DNA from: Candidatus Rifleibacteriota bacterium
Lineage (GTDB): Bacteria; Muiribacteriota; Ozemobacteria; Ozemobacterales; Ozemobacteraceae
Direction of reading: 5' to 3'
NCBI GenBank assembly: GCA_051747585.1
Contig: JBNJGH010000017.1
Span: forward strand, 1-45,779
DNA: 45,779 nucleotides
Notes under the pieces: generated by a model
Database searches by the model: none
Seen by the model: only the letters and a program-made list of their open reading frames with translations
What the model was told of the DNA's origin: nothing
Shown: piece after piece, positions 36,708 through 45,779 of the stretch
Numbering within the stretch: position 1 is the stretch's first letter
How the letters are laid out: each line of letters starts with the position of its first letter
Position numbers and translations under genes: made by a program

Positions 36708-37142
36708 TTACTTACCGAGCTTAAGGCTCTTTGGCTGCTGAGCGGTGTGTGGATGCTCTGGACCTGCGTATACTTTAAGTTTACGAAGGAATCTTTTTCT
36801 CAGCTTATTGCGTGGAAGCATTCTTTTCACTGCAAGCCAAACCATTCGGTCAGGTTTTTCTTCAAGCAGCTGGCCATAGGTTTTGGATCTAATTGCTCCA
36901 GGGTAACCAGTATGCCAATAATGCATCTTGTTATCATGCTTTCTGCCGGTTAATTTAATTTTGTCGGCATTAACAATTACTACAAAGTCGCCACAATCAA
37001 GGTGGGGAGCAAAGTGAGGCTGGTGCTTGCCACGAAGTCGGGCAGCAACCTGAGAAGCTAAACGCCCTAAGATCATGTCTTTAGCGTCAACAACAACCCA
37101 TTCACGGGTAAAATCAGATTTTTTTGGTTGGAACGTCTTCAC
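36708..37142 (-). CDS. rplM: 50S ribosomal protein L13
   Basis: WVVVDA, LGRLAS, DCGDFVVIVNA, HTGYPG, HPHTAQQP; GTG start after AGGAG. Confidence 0.98.
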   Translation of the reverse strand: MKTFQPKKSDFTREWVVVDAKDMILGRLASQVAARLRGKHQPHFAPHLDCGDFVVIVNADKIKLTGRKHDNKMHYWHTGYPGAIRSKTYGQLLEEKPDRMVWLAVKRMLPRNKLRKRFLRKLKVYAGPEHPHTAQQPKSLKLGK

Positions 37143-37161
37143 CGATTTTCCTCCTGTTCGG

Positions 37162-37914
37162 TTAATACTTGACCTTCATCAGATAAAGACCACCAGGTGG
37201 AGCAGGGGCACCAAGGCTTTCTCTGTTCTGATTTCGGTACAGTTCGTATATATATCCCCCTGCCATTTGTTCGGTCCCGATTAAATACAGCGCTTTGGCC
37301 ATATTGCGAACCATATTATGCATAAATCCAGTGCCTTCAACATCAAAGCTGATGACTCTTTCTTTTTGCTGAACACTGGCAGAAAGAATATGCCTGACGG
37401 TGCTTTCGTATCTTTGCGGAGATTTTGCAAAAGAAGCAAAGTCATGTTCTCCAACAAAATTTCTGGCTGCAAGTTGCATTTTTTCAATATCGAGTTCAGG
37501 TTGAATTTGCCAGAAAAACCTCTCCAGAAACGGCGATGGTTCTTCGATCAACCGGAAAAGATACCTGTAATGCTTACCCTTAGCCGAAAAGCGTGGATGA
37601 AAGTCTTCATCGACTTCTTCTGCCCCACTGACTCGCAAAGAGCCGGGTAAAGCACCGTTCATTCCTATGATTAACTTGTCAAGCGGTATCGGACACCCTG
37701 TTCTAAACAGAACAACCTGTTCAAGAGCATGAACTCCGGCGTCCGTCCGTCCGGATCCGATGGCTCGTGTCTGCTTTCTGGTAATAACTCTGAAAGCTCT
37801 TTCAAGCTCACCCTGAACCGTTATTCGATCAGGCTGGAATTGAAAACCAGAATAGGCACTTCCATCATAAGTAACGAGTAGTTTAAGGTATCTTTGCTGT
37901 TTTGTCAATATCAA
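37162..37914 (-). CDS. truA: tRNA pseudouridine(38-40) synthase
   Basis: YDGSAYSGFQ, GRTDAGVHA, GEHDFASF, GFMHNMVR, APPGGLYL. Confidence 0.95.
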   Translation of the reverse strand: MILTKQQRYLKLLVTYDGSAYSGFQFQPDRITVQGELERAFRVITRKQTRAIGSGRTDAGVHALEQVVLFRTGCPIPLDKLIIGMNGALPGSLRVSGAEEVDEDFHPRFSAKGKHYRYLFRLIEEPSPFLERFFWQIQPELDIEKMQLAARNFVGEHDFASFAKSPQRYESTVRHILSASVQQKERVISFDVEGTGFMHNMVRNMAKALYLIGTEQMAGGYIYELYRNQNRESLGAPAPPGGLYLMKVKY

Positions 37915-37945
37915 TTACCGCTATAAGGGATTAAACACAAAATTA

Positions 37946-38884
37946 TTATTCTGCAGAATAATAGATTTCCTTATTACGTTCAATTGATTTTATTTTTTTC
38001 TCAGCAAGAAGTTTTCCGATATATTTGGAAACCTCATTCATATGCATGGAAAAAACATCTGATATCTGTCTGGCAGTGCAGGGCCGCCGCAAAAGCATTT
38101 CATAAATTTCTTTTTCGTTAACCTTGATCTGGCTGCCGGGAGCTGCTTTGTAGGCAGCTATTATTTCGGCCTGCGGCTCAAACAATTCTGCAAGTTTCAC
38201 AAGTTTTTCTTTTTCAACCGGCTGAACAAAGCTTTCGGCAGGTGGACGAACCGCAGTATTGAGCTGTACCATGTCAGGCTTTATTTTCTTTACGATTTCA
38301 GCAATTTTTTTAATTTGTTGCGGTTCTGAATTTATTCCTTCAATAACAAAAACTTCCAGGAATAATTTGTTCATAAATTCTTTCCTGAATGCGATCTCGC
38401 CTTCAACCAGCATATCAAATGTTAAACCTTTGCATGGTCGGTTAATTTGTTGAAAAGTTTCTTCGTTCCAGGCACTCAGTGAAATTTTAACAATATCGGC
38501 TTGTTTTGCTGCCTTGCGAACTTCAGGATCATGAAGAACAGCACCGTTTGTTAAAATTGCCACTGGAATTTTGGTTTTACTCTTTATATGAGAAATTACT
38601 TTTCCAAACTCTTTATAAAGAGAGGGTTCGCCTGAGCCTGCCAGAGTAATTTGATCTGCCTGCCCACTGTTTTCAACCCAGTGATCGAATTCATCTATTA
38701 CTTCCTGTAGCGGCACATATTCCTCACGCTTTAAACTAAGTGCCGTTGTTCGGCCAAGCTGACAAAATATACAGTCGTAACAACAGGTTTTAAATGGAAT
38801 AAGATCTATGCCCAACGACCGACCAAATCGTCGCGAAGGCACGGGACCAAACAAATGTTTATAAGCATTGCTCTTAGTTGTCAT
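37946..38884 (-). CDS. Radical SAM protein (COG0731-like) with C-terminal winged-helix-like segment
   Basis: FGPVPSRRFGRSLGIDL, CCYDCIFC, GSGEPSL, LNTAVRPPAE. Confidence 0.88.
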   Translation of the reverse strand: MTTKSNAYKHLFGPVPSRRFGRSLGIDLIPFKTCCYDCIFCQLGRTTALSLKREEYVPLQEVIDEFDHWVENSGQADQITLAGSGEPSLYKEFGKVISHIKSKTKIPVAILTNGAVLHDPEVRKAAKQADIVKISLSAWNEETFQQINRPCKGLTFDMLVEGEIAFRKEFMNKLFLEVFVIEGINSEPQQIKKIAEIVKKIKPDMVQLNTAVRPPAESFVQPVEKEKLVKLAELFEPQAEIIAAYKAAPGSQIKVNEKEIYEMLLRRPCTARQISDVFSMHMNEVSKYIGKLLAEKKIKSIERNKEIYYSAE

Positions 38885-39138
38885 TCGATTTTCTTTATTT
38901 CCTTGTTTTCGTCGTAGGTTATTACATCAGGCTTTTTAACCCCTTTTAATTCCCTTAGCTTTCTGCGCGTATAGGGGATAAGAGTGGTAGCAACAAAACC
39001 AAGAATTGGTTTCCAGTTATCCAGAAGAAATTGGAGAACAATTCTTCCGGTTCCGCCTCCGGAACCACGTCGTCGAAATCCATCGTTTCGTCGCCCTCCG
39101 CCGGTAGATGCAGGGCCGGTTCCATCTTTACATGGCAT
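38881..39138 (-). CDS. Small Gly/Arg-rich protein with DUF5320-like N-terminus
   Basis: MPCKDGTGP start followed by a Gly/Arg tract; ATGA overlap with the radical SAM gene. Confidence 0.6.
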   Translation of the reverse strand: MPCKDGTGPASTGGGRRNDGFRRRGSGGGTGRIVLQFLLDNWKPILGFVATTLIPYTRRKLRELKGVKKPDVITYDENKEIKKIE

Positions 39139-39219
39139 ATTAATTCACCCCGGTTCTTTTTATAGCTTCTACTGGTAGTATAAAATAATACCGAAAATTA
39201 ATCAAATCAGCGAAATTAT

Positions 39220-39843
39220 CTATATTCGGTATTCGTTGACTGGTTCGCCGACGATTTTCTTTATATTTGGAAAAACCAGGGACATCTCTACTTTAAGATC
39301 CTTACAAATGCCTACTTCGATTGTATCTTCATCTGAGTAAATCTGACTTTTGCCAAAATAACCATCTTTATCGAGTAAATAAACCGTGGTAATACGGTTG
39401 ACCGGGTCGACTGTCCAGTATTCTTTTACTCTATGTTTTTCATAAAGCCGACGTTTAACGATACAATCCTTAGAAGCAGTTGAAGGCGATAAAATCTCGA
39501 TTATCAGATCGGGAGCGCCCCGACATCCCTTTTCGTCGAGTTTCTCTTCGTCGCATACAATAAGGATATCAGGTTGAACTACAGTTTGGATTTGATTGTC
39601 TGACTCGTCATTTTCGGGTAATCGGACATCAAAAGGGGCAGTGAATGATTCGCAGTCTTTTTCCTTAAAAAATTCAGCAAAAATCAGAAAAAGTTCTCTT
39701 GAAATGCTTGCATGTAATCTTCCCGGCGCCGGAGTCATGTCATGAACACAACCTTCAATAAGCTCTATTCGTCTATTGTCTGGCCAGTTGCAATAATCAA
39801 AATAGGTAAAATTTTTACTTTTTTTTGTATTTAAAACTGCCAT
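39220..39843 (-). CDS. Uma2 family endonuclease-like protein
   Basis: ELIEG, PAP..H, VQPDILIVC, GAPDLIIEILSPST, KEYWTVDP; start moved to 39843 (GGGAGG upstream). Confidence 0.92.
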   Translation of the reverse strand: MAVLNTKKSKNFTYFDYCNWPDNRRIELIEGCVHDMTPAPGRLHASISRELFLIFAEFFKEKDCESFTAPFDVRLPENDESDNQIQTVVQPDILIVCDEEKLDEKGCRGAPDLIIEILSPSTASKDCIVKRRLYEKHRVKEYWTVDPVNRITTVYLLDKDGYFGKSQIYSDEDTIEVGICKDLKVEMSLVFPNIKKIVGEPVNEYRI

Positions 39844-39905
39844 AAACCCTCCCGCTAAATTATAACCTAAATCTATATTTAACAACAAATTCTAGAATAA
39901 ATGAG

Positions 39906-39925
39906 CAGTAATTATCCATTTGTTT
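39906..39925 (+). mobile_element. Solo terminal inverted repeat of the MITE family
   Basis: CAGTAATTATCCATTTGTTT, identical 20/20 to 34274-34293. Confidence 0.7.
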
Positions 39926-41378
39926 GAAGAAAGTTATTGCGAACAAACTCAAGGGCTTGTTCTCGATCTTCAAGCAAACCTGTGTATTGTTCCTGGGCGA
40001 CTGCTTCTAAAATTTCCCGAAATTTGGGGCCGGGCTTAAGGTTAAATTCTTTAATCAGATCTTTGCCGCTGAGCAGGGGAGGGCGCTTTGGCTTTTTTCT
40101 TTGCTGATAAAATTTATCCATGATTGAAAAAATGCCACGGGTAAATTCATCGAGATCTTCGTCTGACATACTGCCAAGTGCTGAATATCGGTCGGCCATT
40201 GAAAGAAGAGAAACTGCAAGTCCATCACGACCGGTTTCCGTATAAAATTTAAATAACCGCTTATCTGAAATTCCCTGTTGCAGTATAACGCCGGGGCGCA
40301 TGTGGTTTTTAATTACTTTGGCCAGAAAGTTTCTTTCATTTCCTGACAGGCGCAGACGCTCTATAATTTCTTTGGATAATTCAACACCTTCCATTTCATG
40401 GCCATGAAAAACAATTCGATCATTTTCGTTATTCAGCTTTTTACAGACAGGCTTGCCAATGTCGTGAAGCAAACAGGCAAATTTTAAAGCCTGGCAAAAG
40501 CTGCGACCAGGTGTAATAGACTCATCGAGATAATCTAAAAATTCCGGCCACCATTTTTGTAACTCATTATTTTTTGCATTAATAAGCTTTTCGAGGTTTT
40601 CCAGGGTTAAAATTGTATGATCAAAAACATCGAGATGGTGCCACTCGTTTTGTTCGACATCTTTACATTTTTCAAGTTCAGGTAAAAATTTTCCCAGAAC
40701 TCGAGTTTCAGACATAATTTTTATCCAACCGGCACTGAATGGAATCGAAAGCACCTTAAAAAATTCATCGCGAATGCGTTCTCCCGAGACCTTTTCCAGA
40801 AGATAACTTTCATTTTTAATTTTGTTGAGTAGATCCGGTGCTATTTTTGCGTCAAACAATGCGGCAAAACGGAATGCACGCATAATCCTGAGCGGGTCGT
40901 CAGCAAACAGGTTATCAGAGCAGGGGACAACCTGTTTATTTTTCAAATGCTCATACCCTCTAAGGGGATCGAACAAATTTAGCTCGGGGCTTTCGAGATT
41001 CTTCTGCAATCTTGCTGCCATGGCATTAATAGTAAAATCTCTGGCCTTAAGATCGGCTTCGATATTTTGGGCCCGAAATCTTGCAATATCGATAGTGTAA
41101 TGCTTAGAATCAATGGTTTTTACAAGCCTTACAACCTGACGTTCAGAGTCCAGCACCACGAATCCAGCCTTTTTTCGCCGGGCGTATTTATCGGCAACAG
41201 TCAGAGGATTGAAAGATACCGCCAGATCGAGGTCAGGAAGATTTTTATTGCCTGAAATCAGATCTCTAATGCTGCCGCCTACGAGCCAGACTTCCTTGTT
41301 CTTGTCTGGAGCGAGATATTGTAAAACTTCTTTTAAAATTGAAAATTCTATTTTTGGTAGTTTGATTTTATGTTTCAT
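39912..41378 (-). CDS. Class II tRNA nucleotidyltransferase with HD domain (probably CC-adding)
   Basis: VGGSIRD, DLD, RDFTINAMA, DDPLR, RFA, HHLDVFDH, LHDIGKP, PGP. Confidence 0.9.
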   Translation of the reverse strand: MKHKIKLPKIEFSILKEVLQYLAPDKNKEVWLVGGSIRDLISGNKNLPDLDLAVSFNPLTVADKYARRKKAGFVVLDSERQVVRLVKTIDSKHYTIDIARFRAQNIEADLKARDFTINAMAARLQKNLESPELNLFDPLRGYEHLKNKQVVPCSDNLFADDPLRIMRAFRFAALFDAKIAPDLLNKIKNESYLLEKVSGERIRDEFFKVLSIPFSAGWIKIMSETRVLGKFLPELEKCKDVEQNEWHHLDVFDHTILTLENLEKLINAKNNELQKWWPEFLDYLDESITPGRSFCQALKFACLLHDIGKPVCKKLNNENDRIVFHGHEMEGVELSKEIIERLRLSGNERNFLAKVIKNHMRPGVILQQGISDKRLFKFYTETGRDGLAVSLLSMADRYSALGSMSDEDLDEFTRGIFSIMDKFYQQRKKPKRPPLLSGKDLIKEFNLKPGPKFREILEAVAQEQYTGLLEDREQALEFVRNNFLQTNG

Positions 41379-41597
41379 ATTATTTGGGGTTTACATAACT
41401 TTTTAAAAGGTTTTAATTTGCTTATTTTTGTTTCAAACTGAAAATCAAGGCAATAGCTATACCGGGAGATCTTCGGATTATATCATTTTCACAGCCTTAC
41501 ATCTATATTTCTTCTTATAAATCAGGAATATTATAACCTCAGAATAAATCTATTAAAGTTAGACAAAATCAAAATTCTTTTTTTATCATGACAAACT

Positions 41598-41628
41598 AAA
41601 AAAAGCCCCTGTTGCCAGGGGCTTTTTT
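41598..41628. terminator. Intrinsic terminator
   Basis: AAAAAAGCCCCTG-TTGC-CAGGGGCTTTTTT. Confidence 0.85.
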
Positions 41629-41639
41629 GTGGGAGAGTT

Positions 41640-43094
41640 TTATTTGATTACTGAGAAATAAAGTTCTTTTACTATAGGATCGCTAAGATCAGGTCTTGAT
41701 TTTTTAAGTGATTTTTTTACGTTATCTGGAACTTTTTCACAGGCTTCTTTAATAGCTGCGCTAACTGATTTGCCCTCAGCAACAAGTTTTCCTGCAAAAA
41801 CCGCGCGATTAGCGTTAATGACGCCACCAGATTTAACCTTGTCTGCGAGCCAGCCTTTTTTATCAACTGTACCCATCAGAATTTCCTTGAGTTCAACCGG
41901 TGAAAGTTCCGGATTGACTCCAAGAACCTGAGCAGCGTAATTTACTGCCATAGGGCAAGCCATTGATGTCCCTGACATATAGCCCATTGCCTGATTAGGG
42001 TAGGTAGCAAAAATATTAACACCAGGAACGGCAACATCAACTTTTTCTTTCCCATAGCAGCTGAAAGGTGCAATTTTTTCATCTGCATCAGTGGCGGCAA
42101 TTACAATTTTATTTGGTATTGGGACATCGTTTGGAGAAGAAACAAAAGGATCAAGATCTTCTGATGAATTACCTGCGGCAACAAAAACAAGTGCATTAGG
42201 AGCCTTGGCAAACATGGCCTTATCTCTTGGCAGGAAAGCATGAGTAACAAAAAGGTTAACTACTTCCTGAACCTGTGTATCTGTAGGATCTTCAAAACCC
42301 CAACTCTGAACCATGTTCTTCTTGATCATTCCAACCAATGCACTATTTGGCGAACCAAACGAACAGTTTATCAATCTTGGTTTCAAAGAACCAATATATT
42401 CTGCTTTTTCCTGTATCTTCTGTATGTAGCTTTTTCCAAGGTCAATGAAAGCAACCTTTAAAGCATCAAGCGACATCTGCGGCTTGGCAGCAGCATCTGC
42501 ATCGGGATTAATTGCTCTGGTGCTACTGTGAAGCAGTTTATGATTGACATATGAAAGCGCTTTTGCAATTTCCTGCTTAGGGCTGCTTCCGGTTGGAATA
42601 TGCTTAATTGCATTAAGTCTTACGTTTTGGTTATTGGTCATTGTAGTGCCGGCACAATGGGTACCATGCGCCCAACCGCCTGTAAACTCAACCCAGGGCC
42701 AGAACTTCTGATCCTGATAGTTTGTTGTAAGATATTTAAATTCTTCTGCGGTCATTCCTTCTTTTCCGTAGGCTTGAAGAATTCCCAGAAGCTCCATACA
42801 TCGGATAACCCTGTCATATTCGGGTGGGGTATCGCCAAGATTAACCAGGTTTGCATGGTTTTCTACAAAGTTCCAACCATAAACATCATCGGCATAACCG
42901 TTTTCATCATCATCAACACCTTTTTTACCATTTAATTCAAGCTTATTCGGACAAGCAAGAGGTTTTAAGCTGTCATGAGTAAAATCGCTTCCAGAGTCAA
43001 TTACAAGAACCTTGACGCCTTCAGACGCAAAAGTAGGGACAGCACAAAGCCCAGTTGCAACAGTCAGTAGTAAAAGTAAATTTCTAAATTTCAT
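41640..43094 (-). CDS. Secreted subtilisin-like S8 serine peptidase
   Basis: Signal peptide; triad motifs VIDSG, HGTHCAG, GTSMACP; AAGN; DDDENGYADDVYGWNF. Confidence 0.92.
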   Translation of the reverse strand: MKFRNLLLLLTVATGLCAVPTFASEGVKVLVIDSGSDFTHDSLKPLACPNKLELNGKKGVDDDENGYADDVYGWNFVENHANLVNLGDTPPEYDRVIRCMELLGILQAYGKEGMTAEEFKYLTTNYQDQKFWPWVEFTGGWAHGTHCAGTTMTNNQNVRLNAIKHIPTGSSPKQEIAKALSYVNHKLLHSSTRAINPDADAAAKPQMSLDALKVAFIDLGKSYIQKIQEKAEYIGSLKPRLINCSFGSPNSALVGMIKKNMVQSWGFEDPTDTQVQEVVNLFVTHAFLPRDKAMFAKAPNALVFVAAGNSSEDLDPFVSSPNDVPIPNKIVIAATDADEKIAPFSCYGKEKVDVAVPGVNIFATYPNQAMGYMSGTSMACPMAVNYAAQVLGVNPELSPVELKEILMGTVDKKGWLADKVKSGGVINANRAVFAGKLVAEGKSVSAAIKEACEKVPDNVKKSLKKSRPDLSDPIVKELYFSVIK

Positions 43095-43306
43095 TTAGAC
43101 ACCCCCAGTGTTTCTTTAAGCATAATAATTTTTTTTTGAACTGTAAAGTTGGAATGTATTTTAAAATATTATTTTTTCATTTCTTAGTTTTGGTATGCAT
43201 CAGGTAATTTAATTGCAAGAAGATCTCATAGAACAATTTTTTTGAAGCCAAGATTCTTTTAAACTTTTTGACGATGATTTTAGCAGAGGGTCTGTCAATA
43301 AAATTC

Positions 43307-44164
43307 CTAAGCGGTAGTTTCGCGTTTGATCTTGCTGGTAAAATAGGCCAGGGAGAAACCAAATAGCAGGGCTAACACAACACCAGTCATTGGAAGAATA
43401 TTAAAGTCAAATCCTTCTGATGTCTTAAAAAAAATCTGGATCAAAGAAGCTCCTATCAAACCAAGTATGAAATAAAGAGTTTCTCCCTTAAAATTCCTGA
43501 AACATATTTGCACAGCTTTTGCGAAGGCAATAATGCCTGCAAAACAACCTAGACTGAAAAAAACGATTGGAATTATGTAATCTTTAATATTGCCAAGATA
43601 AAGGCCTACGATATTTTCATATTCGCCAAGGGAAACCATTAAGGCAGAACCTGAAAAACCCGGTATTATCATGGCTCCTCCGGAAAAAAGCCCACAGGAG
43701 AAAACCCATAGAAGCCTGATAGGAGAATTATGATCTATATTATCAGAGGATTCACCTTTTACCATTATCGTAAGTAAAATTAAAATGATCCCAACAAGCA
43801 GAATCAATATTCTTTTAAAATTAATGCCCATATCACTATGGGACTTAACAATAAATGGAATTGATCCACCTATTAAGCCAATAAAAAAGAAATAGGTTAT
43901 TTGCCTTGAAACCTGGCTATACTCCAATAGAAAGGTTAAAGCCTTTGCAAATAACAGTATTGAAAAGGCTGCTCCTGCAAAAACCTTTAGTAAAAAAAAG
44001 AAATATTCTTTCCTTTTCTCTTTATTGATAAAGAAATTGCCAATCGCTTCGGTTAATCTATCGTAAATTCCGAAAATAAATGCAAAGGTACCCCCTGATA
44101 CCCCGGGAATTATATTGGCAAAACCTATGGTCATTCCCTTTAAAATAATTTTTATGCTTTCCAA
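43307..44164 (-). CDS. DUF368 family membrane protein (putative undecaprenyl-phosphate translocase)
   Basis: ANIIPGVSGGT and AMIIPGFSGS duplicated motifs. Confidence 0.9.
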   Translation of the reverse strand: MESIKIILKGMTIGFANIIPGVSGGTFAFIFGIYDRLTEAIGNFFINKEKRKEYFFFLLKVFAGAAFSILLFAKALTFLLEYSQVSRQITYFFFIGLIGGSIPFIVKSHSDMGINFKRILILLVGIILILLTIMVKGESSDNIDHNSPIRLLWVFSCGLFSGGAMIIPGFSGSALMVSLGEYENIVGLYLGNIKDYIIPIVFFSLGCFAGIIAFAKAVQICFRNFKGETLYFILGLIGASLIQIFFKTSEGFDFNILPMTGVVLALLFGFSLAYFTSKIKRETTA

Positions 44165-44276
44165 TTCAACAAGCTCTTTTTCTTGATATATCCTTGAGAC
44201 TCCAATCGAAGTCGTATGATAAGTTCATTTATTTGTTATAGTTGTTTTTTGCTTTGACTTATGACATTACAAATAA

Positions 44277-45587
44277 TCATTTTTCTGAAAAAGAGTATTT
44301 ATACATGGTAGCGGCATTCAGCTTCAGTATTTCCTGACAAAGTTCCTGATTGATGGTGGGAATCAGGTCAGTTGTCTGGTGGTAGTTGGGGTTACTGGAA
44401 AACTCGGATTCGATAGTAAGAACCGCAGGAATTCTCTGTTGGAGAAAGGGAGCATGGTCAGAGCCCCAGGCACTGAAACTGGTGCGGATTGAAAGCTCTG
44501 TATGCTTTTGTGCCAGATCCTGCATGTTTTCTATCATTGGCCGGTTAAATGAATTGGTTTCAAGCAGCACTGACAGGGGCGGTTGCTTGTCAAAACCGAT
44601 CATATCAAGATTTAATACTGCTACAATGTTCTTTTTGTCTGTCGCATTCAGGTTTCTTACATAAGCTTTAGAACCATACAAGCCCTGTTCTTCACCGAGG
44701 AAAAGTATGAATTTAACCGTAGCTGCCGTCTGCAGCCCGGAAGCTTTCAGCATTCTTGCAATTGCCAGAACACCGGCTGAACCGCTGCCGTTGTCGTCAG
44801 CTCCGGGGGCATCATTTCTCGGGTTCGGCGAAGTGCTGTCAAGGTGGCCAACCACCAGCACCTGGCCAAAATCTTTTTCATTACTGCCTTTTACTGTGGC
44901 AACCAGGTTGTTAACTCTGCTGCTGCCAATATTAAAAACCTGCTGTTCACTCTTAATCCCAAGTTTTGTAAATTCAGCGGCACAGTAATCAATAGCTTTT
45001 TGCGCCCCCTCAACATAAGAATAACGAGTTTTAAAATCGACCATAGTTTGCAGATCTTGCATAAATGCCTGTATATCAAGAAGTTTTATAAAAGCAGACA
45101 TGTTATCGGGCACGTTCTTGGCAGTTGCCTTGCAGATGATTTCTTCGCTTAAAATAGTAGTGTTTTTTTCAAGAAGCTCAACCTTTGTAAAGGCTGAGGA
45201 CTTTGACATAAGATTATTGCCTGCAACTTCACCGGCAATAACTACTCTAAGACCATAGTCCTCCCAGACGGTTCTGACGCCCGGAAATACTGCTGACAAA
45301 ATAGCAGGGTCTTTTGAAGTTATCAGATAGAGGTTCTCGCCATCTCTCATTGGAAAAGATTCAACGCCGGGAGATTTTTGAAGGTTTTCTGCAAATACAT
45401 CTTCGCCGGTAAGAATAAAATAATCACCAAGGCGAGTATAAGATTCAACGCTGTGGTCACTGTTTTTCACAATTGAAAAAACAGTATCGGCATTTGCCAG
45501 ATAAACCCAGTTGCCTGCCAGCAGCGATGCTGAGCATACAATACTTATCAATACTGCGAAAATAAAATATCTGCCTGAAAATTTCAT
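44277..45587 (-). CDS. Secreted M28 family metallo-aminopeptidase
   Basis: Signal peptide; GHLDS, GADDNGSG, GEEQGL, NLDMIG, SDH, YHQTTD. Confidence 0.92.
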   Translation of the reverse strand: MKFSGRYFIFAVLISIVCSASLLAGNWVYLANADTVFSIVKNSDHSVESYTRLGDYFILTGEDVFAENLQKSPGVESFPMRDGENLYLITSKDPAILSAVFPGVRTVWEDYGLRVVIAGEVAGNNLMSKSSAFTKVELLEKNTTILSEEIICKATAKNVPDNMSAFIKLLDIQAFMQDLQTMVDFKTRYSYVEGAQKAIDYCAAEFTKLGIKSEQQVFNIGSSRVNNLVATVKGSNEKDFGQVLVVGHLDSTSPNPRNDAPGADDNGSGSAGVLAIARMLKASGLQTAATVKFILFLGEEQGLYGSKAYVRNLNATDKKNIVAVLNLDMIGFDKQPPLSVLLETNSFNRPMIENMQDLAQKHTELSIRTSFSAWGSDHAPFLQQRIPAVLTIESEFSSNPNYHQTTDLIPTINQELCQEILKLNAATMYKYSFSEK

Positions 45588-45671
45588 CTATATACTCCTT
45601 ACTTGTTTACGCAAATATATTTATTAATGATAACTTAGAAGAAATAAAAACTCAAAGCATAAATTGCGCGA

Positions 45672-45779
45672 CAGCAATTCTCGGTCAAGGAGTCTTCTGA
45701 AGTCTTTCATTGCAGATTAAACTTGTTTTATCGATTACGATATCGATTCCGACACCCGAACAATCATCGCAATTCGGGA
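45672..45779. mobile_element. Left end of a miniature element with hexamer repeats, running off the window
   Basis: CAGCAATTCTCGGTCA terminus followed by tcgattacgatatcgattccgacacccga. Confidence 0.55.

Noticed and set aside
39220..39843. Uma2 gene as part of a restriction or defence island
   Set aside because: Single gene with no methyltransferase, toxin-antitoxin or other defence neighbours.
43177..43362. 61-aa ORF between the DUF368 and S8 genes
   Set aside because: Overlaps the DUF368 3' end, has no Shine-Dalgarno and no recognisable motif.
20616..44164. Co-occurrence of DedA/VTT and DUF368, both putative undecaprenyl-phosphate recycling families
   Set aside because: They are 22 kb apart in unrelated operons and both families are widespread; no evidence of a linked system.
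1059..45152. Many 60-130 aa ORFs antisense to or out of frame within long genes (e.g. 5330-5677, 8981-9334, 9562-9960, 16352-16711, 36185-36469)
   Set aside because: Shadow ORFs of well-supported genes with no motifs or translation signals.
149..45687. Perfect 15-bp inverted match near the two window ends, suggesting one 45-kb composite transposon
   Set aside because: By comparison with the complete element, both termini belong to elements extending outward off the window. The interior holds core genes (rplM, rpsI, truA) and no transposase.

Overview
AT-rich bacterial chromosomal segment, probably from a diderm (it encodes an outer-membrane beta-barrel). About 40 densely packed CDS; no rRNA, tRNA, CRISPR array, transposase or prophage is visible. 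Core genes: truA-rplM-rpsI, cdd, cheW, a tRNA nucleotidyltransferase and a DUF368 protein. Peptide and carbohydrate catabolism: prolyl oligopeptidase, a YejABE-like ABC importer with two separate ATPases, GH31, S8 and M28 peptidases. The strongest non-genic signal is a family of non-autonomous miniature elements sharing the terminus CAG(C/T)AATT(C/A)TC. One complete 218-bp copy (17736-17953) has a perfect 8-bp target-site duplication and nested palindromes. A second copy (34274-34453) supplies the stop codons of both flanking convergent genes. A solo terminus forms the 3' end of the nucleotidyltransferase gene, and two related termini sit near the window ends next to 9/8-mer and 6-mer repeats. 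Protein-level oddities: a translationally coupled ParB-like + SPL-like radical SAM pair, a DUF4126-acyltransferase fusion coupled to a degenerate alanine-racemase-like protein, an L,D-transpeptidase-fold protein with Ser at the catalytic Cys position, a probable CC-adding enzyme, a blasticidin-S-deaminase-like protein, and a secreted protein with an unrecognised ~27-aa repeat. All assignments come from motif recognition by eye; no searches were run.
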